A stretch of 46,517 nt of DNA from an uncultured bacterium (lineage in GTDB: Bacteria; Patescibacteriota; Minisyncoccia; Phycocordibacterales; UBA6065). The notes under the pieces are model-generated. The model searched no databases, was not told the DNA's origin, and saw nothing but the letters and a program-made list of their open reading frames with translations. A program made the translations under genes and the position numbers. The DNA is taken from NCBI GenBank assembly GCA_966243015.1, contig CBIMES010000002.1:1-46517 (forward strand), in the 5' to 3' direction. Positions 39,775 to 46,517 of this stretch are shown here, piece by piece (the stretch's first letter is position 1; the number at the start of each line of letters is the position of its first letter).

Positions 39775-40140
39775 CTAGCGCGCACTCGCTTCATCAAAGG
39801 CATTTATGAACTTTCTTACTTCCTCAGCAAAATCATCGGGTAGGTTATTAAGAAAATATTGGAGCGGCTTTTTGTTCATGTTCTCAAAGAAAGACACAAA
39901 AACCGCATTTTTGACCTCGTCTTCATTTTCTGTATCGCAGCGTAATATAAAATCCTTAATTCGCGCAAAAAGATTTTTTTCATCGCGAGCAATAGCGTCT
40001 TCGGCAAAGCGTCTGAAGTCACCAAATATTAAATGAATACCAATATCGTGATATTCCTTATTACTTTCGTGCAAATCCTTAAATTCAGGAAAGGCTTGAA
40101 GAAGTTCTGCTAAGAATGTTTTTTCATTGATCGTAGCCAT
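39775..40140 (-). CDS. Small acidic helical protein (DUF7674-like, recalled; possible immunity-type)
   Basis: L..FPEF and VKNAVFVSFFENM patterns; very AT-rich. Confidence 0.6.
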   Translation of the reverse strand: MATINEKTFLAELLQAFPEFKDLHESNKEYHDIGIHLIFGDFRRFAEDAIARDEKNLFARIKDFILRCDTENEDEVKNAVFVSFFENMNKKPLQYFLNNLPDDFAEEVRKFINAFDEASAR

Positions 40141-40387
40141 TGTATGTATATTTTAGATTACATATTAAAATTTGGGTAATCAGGTCGTCCTGCTACCGCA
40201 GGCACTTGGGTCATCAAAACTACCAGTTAACTAACGTTGCTGCGGGTCTGAAGCGATTCGAACAGCGTGGATTGCGTGGCCTTAAATATAAAAATATTCC
40301 AAAAAAATCCCGTTCGAATCCCGAGTAGATCATGTTGTATATACAAATAAAAGGTCCGTCACGGTGAAGCAACGGACCCAAGAAACT

Positions 40388-40879
40388 TCAGAGAAACATC
40401 GTGCTATGGGATTCCTTGATGCGCGCATCTTCCGTCCTCCCTGCAAGGAGGTCCATGAGACGAGCATGGTCGTTAACGACCAGTGTCACGACTGACGGCC
40501 CCTTGTCATCTCCCCCAGGGCAACGCACATTCTTCACGTGAACGAAGAGGTGCTTACGCCCATCGTCCTCGATGATCTTCCGAAAGTCATCAATAACCTG
40601 CCGGGCCTTCGGATCACGAATATGAGGGGCTAAATCCTTAAAGGCGCAGAGCATCCAGTCAGTCGGCATATCACCTGACGTCCTGGCATCACTGATCCTC
40701 TTCGCCAATCCCGCAGAGAAGCCCTTAATCGAGAGAACAGCCTTGATTTCCTGAAACAGACTCGCAAGCTCTTGGGCTAAGGCCATGTCGAAGCCATCCT
40801 TTTCTTCCTGATAGTTACAGGACCAGAACAGCTTCGTCAGGCCTTGGTAGAACGCGAGGACTTTTTTGTAGGTATTCAC
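40388..40879 (-). CDS. Hypothetical protein
   Basis: 163-aa ORF with own promoter upstream and GGTCCGT/ACGGACC hairpin downstream. Confidence 0.6.
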   Translation of the reverse strand: MNTYKKVLAFYQGLTKLFWSCNYQEEKDGFDMALAQELASLFQEIKAVLSIKGFSAGLAKRISDARTSGDMPTDWMLCAFKDLAPHIRDPKARQVIDDFRKIIEDDGRKHLFVHVKNVRCPGGDDKGPSVVTLVVNDHARLMDLLAGRTEDARIKESHSTMFL

Positions 40880-41038
40880 TATTCAATGAGCGGTATCGTT
40901 GTCGCTATACGTGTTTTTCTGGAATTACCCCAGACGAAACAGAACGTCCGTGTGACAACCAGAATGGTAGCCACAGCCAACAAAGCCCGTGAGACTCTCT
41001 TGGCTATGGCTAGCTTTTCAATACCTGTATCTATTTAT

Positions 41039-41067
41039 ATTATACATCTGATACAGACATAAGTCAA
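41039..41067 (-). promoter_or_regulatory. Near-consensus sigma70 promoter
   Basis: TTGACT-17 nt-TATAAT. Confidence 0.7.
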
Positions 41068-41211
41068 ATATACGTTTTGGTCCCACCTTACCCGAAACCC
41101 GTCCCTGTATCTAGTCCACTCGCCCACCTGGGATTCGAACGTCTTTTCCTGGCCAATGAAATAGCCGAAATCCGAGGCACTCGGGTCACTCCGAAAGAAA
41201 GTTTTTTGTAG

Positions 41212-41300
41212 CGGAGACGGAGGGATTCGAACCCTCGGTACCTTTTAAAGGGTACACATCTTTAGCAAAGATGCACGTTAGACCACTCTGACACGTCTCC
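41212..41300 (-). tRNA. tRNA-Ser(GCT)
   Basis: GGAGACG/CGTCTCC acceptor, CATCT-TT-GCT-AA-AGATG arm, long variable arm, G73. Confidence 0.93.
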
Positions 41301-41368
41301 AGTGCCTAGAACCATATCATATCGGCCCTATATTTTCTAGCCGACTGGTTCCTGGGCTTTTTCCCGCC

Positions 41369-43147
41369 TTAGCTCTTCCTCTTCCCGTGTAGCAGCATAT
41401 CCACGGCGTGTTCCATAGATCCCGCCTCAACGACCTCTCCCCCGTTGACGAAGAAGATTTCGTCGGCGTTCTCGATGGTGTTGAGACGATGCGCGATGAT
41501 GACGCGGGTGGTTGTCGCGGGCAGCCTCTCGAGGACCAGCTCGAGCTGCTCCTCGGTGATAGTGTCGATGTTTGCCGTCGCCTCATCGAGGATGAGGATC
41601 TCGGGCCTGCGGAGGACGGCGCGGATGAAGGCGATGAGCTGCCTCTGACCGAGGGAAAGGGCGCTGCCGGACGCGACGGGCGTCTCGAGGCCCTTGTCGA
41701 AGCGCTTCATGAGCTGGTCGAGGCCAGACTCCGCGAGCTTCTGCTCGAGCTCGGCGACGGTGAGATTCGCATACTCGGCATTGCCGTAGAGGATATTGTC
41801 GCGGACGGTTCCGGTGAAGAGGAATGGGTCCTGGAGGATAAAGCCAATCTTCTTGGTTCGCTCGGCGTGCTCGTACGAGCGAATGTCGCGACCGTCGAGG
41901 AAGACGTGCCCCGCAGTCGGGTCATAGAGCCTCGCGATGAGGGACGCGGTCGTGGTCTTGCCGCCGCCGGTCGGGCCGACGAGGGCGTACGTCTTGCCCT
42001 GCTCAAACGAGAAGCTGATGCCCTTGAGCACGGTCGATCCGTCCGGGTATCCAAACGAGACGTTCTTGAACTCGATGACAGGAGCGGCCTTCCCCGCCTC
42101 GTGTCGCGGCGCGGTGTCGCCCTTCTCGACGACCTCGAGGTTTGAGGTGAGCGACAGGATGTCGGTCACGCGGTCCCAGCCGGCGAGGGCCGTCTGGAAG
42201 CTCGCCCAGAGTCGGGCGATCTCGCGAAGCGGATCGTAGAATCGGGTGACGTAGATGACGAACGAGACGAGGAAGCCGAGGGCAAGCTCCCCCTTGGCGA
42301 TGAGAGTCACGCCGTATGCAAGCACGATAAGGAGAGCGACGTTGCCCGCAAGCTCGAACACCGGCGTGAAAAGCTCGTTCGCCACACCCGCCTTGACGGC
42401 TGACTTGAAGTTCCCGTCGTTGGCGGCGGAGAAGCGTGACTTGAAATAGTCCCTGCGATCGAAGGCGAGGATAATCCTGAAATTGCCGATTGACTCTTGT
42501 ATCTCGGCAGAGAGATTGCCCGAGGCGGCGGCGCTCGCCGCGTTTCTGCGGCGCGTCCAGCCTGCCACGACGCGAGTGAAGACAACGATGACGAGGGCGG
42601 GCGCAAGGGACGCGAGCGCGAGCCTCCAGTTGAGGAAGATGATGAAGATTCCCGCGCCGGCGATGAGGAAGAAGTTCGCCATGAATCGCATGAGAGCCTG
42701 GGAGAAGAACATGTTGAGCTTCTCGGTATCGTTGTTGATGCGCGAGATAAGGTCACCCGCCTTGTTCTGGTTGAAGAACGCGAGCGGAAGCTCCTGGAGC
42801 TTCTCGAAGAGCATGTTCCTGAGCCTCCAGAGGGTTCGCTGTGCCACGCCTCCCATGACGCGCATCTGCACGTAGTTCGAGCCGAACGACGTGACGTAGA
42901 CGACGAGCAGTATCGCGGAGAACACGAGAACGCCCTGATAGTCGCCCACGCTTATGTACTTGTCGATGACGTATCCGACGGTAAGAGGGCCGATGAGGCT
43001 GAGCACGGACGTAAGGATAACCGCCGCGATGGTGATTGCCATCCTCTTCTTCTCCTCGAGGACGAGCGGCAGAATCCTCTTGAGGGCAGTCTTGGTCCTT
43101 CCCCTCTCTACCTTATCCTCATCGCTCTTTCTAAGAGTGTAGTTCAT
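41369..43147 (-). CDS. ABC exporter subunit B (TMD+NBD)
   Basis: GPTGGGKTT, LSLGQRQ, ILDEAT, IAHRL; start chosen at ATG 43147. Confidence 0.9.
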   Translation of the reverse strand: MNYTLRKSDEDKVERGRTKTALKRILPLVLEEKKRMAITIAAVILTSVLSLIGPLTVGYVIDKYISVGDYQGVLVFSAILLVVYVTSFGSNYVQMRVMGGVAQRTLWRLRNMLFEKLQELPLAFFNQNKAGDLISRINNDTEKLNMFFSQALMRFMANFFLIAGAGIFIIFLNWRLALASLAPALVIVVFTRVVAGWTRRRNAASAAASGNLSAEIQESIGNFRIILAFDRRDYFKSRFSAANDGNFKSAVKAGVANELFTPVFELAGNVALLIVLAYGVTLIAKGELALGFLVSFVIYVTRFYDPLREIARLWASFQTALAGWDRVTDILSLTSNLEVVEKGDTAPRHEAGKAAPVIEFKNVSFGYPDGSTVLKGISFSFEQGKTYALVGPTGGGKTTTASLIARLYDPTAGHVFLDGRDIRSYEHAERTKKIGFILQDPFLFTGTVRDNILYGNAEYANLTVAELEQKLAESGLDQLMKRFDKGLETPVASGSALSLGQRQLIAFIRAVLRRPEILILDEATANIDTITEEQLELVLERLPATTTRVIIAHRLNTIENADEIFFVNGGEVVEAGSMEHAVDMLLHGKRKS

Positions 43148-44840
43148 TGGTGCTTTTCTGTGATTCAACTATCTGCGCGTACTCCGGCGACGTCTCGGCG
43201 AGCTCGGCGTGCGTACCGACCGCCAGGACCTCACCTTCCATGAGAAGGACGACTTGGTCGAAGCGCTCCGCCGACGCCACCTTCTGCGTCACCGAGATCA
43301 TGGTAATGCCCGGGTAATTTCTCTCGATGTTCGCGAGAATCTTCCTCTCCGTCGCGTTGTCGACGCGGGCGGTGAAGTCGTCGAGGAGCAGGACCTTCGG
43401 GTTAAGGGACAGCGCCCGCGCGAGCATGATGCGCTGTTTCTGGCCTCCCGACAGGCTCGTGCCGCGCTCGCTCGCCATGGTCTCGAGACCCTGCGGCAGG
43501 GACCTCACGAAGTCGCCGAGCTCGGCGGTCTCAATCGCCCGATTCACGTCCTCCTCCTTTGCGGAGAGGCTGAAGGCGATGTTCTCGCGGAGCGTCATGT
43601 TGAACATGACGCTGTCCTGGAAGACGATGGCGACCTGCGCGTGAATCGCCCTCTTGGCGTAATCAGTGATGAGCCTGTCATCGTAGCGAACCTCGCCCGA
43701 ATCGGTCTTGAGGAGACCGATGAGCGCGTAGAGCAGCTGGGTCTTGCCTGCAGCCGTGGGACCGATGATCGCAGTCTTGGTTCCCGCCCTTGCCTTGAAG
43801 GAGACGTCTTTGAGGGCAGGCTTCTCGCCGTACATGATGGTCAGGCCGCGAGCCTCGACGTCGCCACGAATCTCCCCGTCGAAAGTCCCCCTCTCCGCCT
43901 CCTCGGGCATGGCGAAGATGTCGGCAATGCGGCCGTACGAGACCTGGGCCCGCGACATAATCTGCGAGACAAATCCGGACATGATGATCGGGAAGATGAG
44001 AAGCATGACGTAGCTGTTGAACGCGGTGAAGTCTCCGAGCGTCATGTCCCCGGCGATGACGAAATGGCCTCCGAGGGAAAGGATGATGAGCGAGGCGAGG
44101 TTGGCGATGAGGCCGACGAACGGGATGATGACGCAGAAGAGCCTGAGCATGGCAATGCCGTTGTCACGAGCCTCGCTGTTCTGGATGCGGAACTTGTTGT
44201 TCTCGAGACTGCCCGAGTTGAAGACGCGGATGAGGGCCGAGCCGAGAATGCTCTCATTGATGGTCGAGTTGAGCCTGTCGACAATCATCTGGGCCTTGCC
44301 AAAGAGCGGTCCCAGGCGCTTGAAGACGAGCATGAAGGCTACGCCGATAAGCGGCAGAATGGCCAGCACAGCGAGAGCGAGCTTCCAGTCAATCGTGAGG
44401 AGAAGCACGGAAGCGCCGACAATGAGCACGAAGGACGAGATGATGATTACCATCGCCTGCGCCACGAACGCCTTCACGGCGTCGATGTCAGAGGTGAGGT
44501 TGGTGAGGAGCTTGGCGGGAGTCTCCTGCTCGAGGCGTGCGAAGCTGAAGCCCGCGATTTTGTCGGCAAGCCTGTTTCGCAGGTCGCGCGACACCCTCTC
44601 GCCCGCATAGGTCTGGGCGATCGCCTGAAGATACGTGAAAAGGAACACGGCAAAGGCGACGAGCGAGAACCACGTGACCACCGAACCCATGACGAAAGTG
44701 CCTGCCTCGTAGGCATCGATGCCGCTCGAGATGAGCTTCGGCACGGCCAGGTTCGCGGCGTTGGCCACGAGGGTAAAAAGGGCAAGCATGGCGACCGTCG
44801 CACGGTACGGCCGGAGTACGGAGAAGAGATTGTGCTTCAT
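43131..44840 (-). CDS. ABC exporter subunit A (TMD+NBD, degenerate site)
   Basis: GPTAAGKT, LSGGQKQR, LLDDF (Walker B E>D), VTQK (H-switch to Q), as in heterodimeric exporters. Confidence 0.9.
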   Translation of the reverse strand: MKHNLFSVLRPYRATVAMLALFTLVANAANLAVPKLISSGIDAYEAGTFVMGSVVTWFSLVAFAVFLFTYLQAIAQTYAGERVSRDLRNRLADKIAGFSFARLEQETPAKLLTNLTSDIDAVKAFVAQAMVIIISSFVLIVGASVLLLTIDWKLALAVLAILPLIGVAFMLVFKRLGPLFGKAQMIVDRLNSTINESILGSALIRVFNSGSLENNKFRIQNSEARDNGIAMLRLFCVIIPFVGLIANLASLIILSLGGHFVIAGDMTLGDFTAFNSYVMLLIFPIIMSGFVSQIMSRAQVSYGRIADIFAMPEEAERGTFDGEIRGDVEARGLTIMYGEKPALKDVSFKARAGTKTAIIGPTAAGKTQLLYALIGLLKTDSGEVRYDDRLITDYAKRAIHAQVAIVFQDSVMFNMTLRENIAFSLSAKEEDVNRAIETAELGDFVRSLPQGLETMASERGTSLSGGQKQRIMLARALSLNPKVLLLDDFTARVDNATERKILANIERNYPGITMISVTQKVASAERFDQVVLLMEGEVLAVGTHAELAETSPEYAQIVESQKSTNELHS

Positions 44841-44866
44841 AGATACTTAAGGATATAGTACCTTCC

Positions 44867-45697
44867 ATGAATTCTCAAAGGCTCAGGGCCTTCAGGAAAA
44901 CCGTGCTCGACCACCATGCCCGACATGGACGCCATTCCCTGCCCTGGCGACAGACGCGAGACCCCTACCGCATCATGGTCTCCGAGATCATGCTCCAGCA
45001 GACCCAGGTCGCCCGCGTGCTCTCTAAATACGACGAGTTCCTCAGGGCATTCCCAACCGCCGAGGCCCTTGCCCAGTCGTCGACGGCCCCGCTGCTCGCT
45101 GTCTGGAAGGGACTCGGCTACAATCGCCGGGCCCTTAACCTCAAGCGAGCTGCCGAGGCAATCGTCCGCGACCACGGAGGCTCGTTCCCCCGCGATGCCA
45201 AGGCCCTCGAGGCCCTGCCGGGAATCGGCCAATCGACGCGGGGAGCAATCATGGCCTTCGCCTTCGGCATACCGACGGCGTTCATCGAGACCAACATCCG
45301 AGCAGTCTACATCCATCACTTCTTTAAGGAAGCAGAGGGAAAGACGGCCGTGCACGACAGAGACCTTATCCCCCTCATCGAGGAAAGCGTCCTTGCTGAT
45401 GACCCGCGCACATGGTATTACGCTCTTATGGACTACGGCGTCCATCTGAAGGCGACGATGCCAAACCCATCCCGCCGCAGCGCCCATCACGTCCGCCAGA
45501 GCCCCTTCAAGGGCTCGAATCGCGAGCTGCGCTCCCAGATGCTACAATTAATACTGGAAGCTCCCCGGAAGCGAGAGGCCGTCATCAGGCACTTCGCGAC
45601 CGCGGGCAAGGACCCGGCCCAGATAGAGCGGAACCTGAGGGAGCTCGAGAAAGAGGGTTTTGTCTCGACTAAAAGAAACATTATCAGCATTGCGTAA
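44867..45697 (+). CDS. mutY: MutY-like HhH-GPD adenine glycosylase, short form
   Basis: LPWR, PY.I.VSEIMLQQTQV, W.GLGYNRRA, LPGIG, ETNIR. Confidence 0.8.
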   Translation: MNSQRLRAFRKTVLDHHARHGRHSLPWRQTRDPYRIMVSEIMLQQTQVARVLSKYDEFLRAFPTAEALAQSSTAPLLAVWKGLGYNRRALNLKRAAEAIVRDHGGSFPRDAKALEALPGIGQSTRGAIMAFAFGIPTAFIETNIRAVYIHHFFKEAEGKTAVHDRDLIPLIEESVLADDPRTWYYALMDYGVHLKATMPNPSRRSAHHVRQSPFKGSNRELRSQMLQLILEAPRKREAVIRHFATAGKDPAQIERNLRELEKEGFVSTKRNIISIA

Positions 45698-45705
45698 TAA
45701 CTTAT

Positions 45706-46017
45706 ATGAACCCAACAACATCAGCATCGACGACAAAGATAGTACTGTGGATCCTCGGCATCATCCTCGTAGGAGCAGCGGCAATCACCTTCTTCGTGAG
45801 CCGAGGCGACAGCGAGGCCACCGACGAGAACGCCACGAGCACCGCGGGCGTCATCTGTACGATGGACGCAAAGATGTGCCCAGACGGAACCTACGTCGGA
45901 CGAACCGGCCCTAACTGTGAGTTCGTCTGCCCTACCGCCGGAACCTCGACGGGAACCGCCGGCTCAAACGCCGGAACCGGGGCAAACGTCTACTACCCAG
46001 CAGACATCGCGAAGTAA
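45706..46017 (+). CDS. Small membrane-anchored protein with four-Cys motif
   Basis: TM then CTMDAKMCPDG..VGR.GPNCEF.CP. Confidence 0.7.
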   Translation: MNPTTSASTTKIVLWILGIILVGAAAITFFVSRGDSEATDENATSTAGVICTMDAKMCPDGTYVGRTGPNCEFVCPTAGTSTGTAGSNAGTGANVYYPADIAK

Positions 46018-46035
46018 GACCTCATCGGCAAAAAA

Positions 46036-46063
46036 AGAAAACCCCGCACGTGCGGGGTTTTCT
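46036..46063. terminator. 28-bp perfect palindrome, bidirectional terminator
   Basis: AGAAAACCCCGCACGTGCGGGGTTTTCT between convergent genes. Confidence 0.8.
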
Positions 46064-46078
46064 CATTCCTGACGCGAC

Positions 46079-46516
46079 CTACTCCATGCGGCACACCGAC
46101 TTGAGCGCCGCCGTGTCCGCCTGCGAGAGCACAATGCCCTCTCCTTCGTTCAGATAGTACATGACCGACGACGGGTCGTTCACGTGCTCGATGCCGAGGG
46201 CGTGGCCAAGCTCGTGCGCGAGGACGCGAACAAGCCGCTCGCGGTTCTCGAACTCATAGACGACGATGGTCTCGTCCCTGCCGTCATGTATGTACTCGCC
46301 CTGCTCGAACTCCCTGTCAGACGACGAGTTGATCACGTCGATGTCGGAGTTGATCGTGCGGACCAGCGCGTTGTACTGGGCGACGAGAGTCTGCGACTGA
46401 TCGGCGAGGCCGTTCACCGAAAGACGCTTTGACTCGAGGGTGCGATACGACTGGTCGAGTTCCGCCTTCTGGCGGTTGAGCTTCTCGTACTCAGCCTTCG
46501 GCGCGCCGCCCCTGCC
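46079..46516 (-). CDS. Matrixin-family (M10-like) zinc metalloprotease, 5'-truncated by window edge
   Basis: HELGHALGIEH and SVMY Met-turn; frame stays open to the window end. Confidence 0.85.
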   Translation of the reverse strand, partial: GRGGAPKAEYEKLNRQKAELDQSYRTLESKRLSVNGLADQSQTLVAQYNALVRTINSDIDVINSSSDREFEQGEYIHDGRDETIVVYEFENRERLVRVLAHELGHALGIEHVNDPSSVMYYLNEGEGIVLSQADTAALKSVCRME

Positions 46517-46517
46517 G

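Larger units (their letters stand above)
39650..41214. mobile_element. Small AT-rich islet 3' of tRNA-Ser bounded by direct repeats; no integrase
   Basis: 39650-39688 matches 41175-41214 (one substitution, one T indel); third degenerate copy at 40200-40263. Confidence 0.65.

Noticed and set aside
39650-41214. CRISPR array or intact prophage/ICE
   Set aside because: Only two or three degenerate repeats hundreds of bp apart; no cas, integrase or phage genes

Overview
GC-rich bacterial chromosome segment whose gene content suggests Patescibacteria/CPR, probably Parcubacteria (inference). In order, it holds a four-gene glycan locus, an ECF sigma/anti-sigma/MacAB-like operon, mliC, a capA-like gene, ftsEX, a shortened prfB, five clustered tRNAs around nfi, gatA/gatC, ligA, a secretin-less type IV pilus/competence cluster with comF, a small AT-rich islet at tRNA-Ser, a heterodimeric ABC exporter and a MutY-like glycosylase. 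The best find is a tRNA-Thr(GGT) split after U36 by a very compact 174-nt group I intron (15937-16110), with a free-standing, AT-rich HTH+LAGLIDADG-like gene directly upstream. Other signals are a tRNA ending 1 nt before the prfB start codon, many apparently leaderless genes, tandem pilins with homogenised flanks, and repeated tRNA-Ser scars delimiting single-gene cassettes. All calls come from manual reading of the sequence; no searches or folding programs were run.
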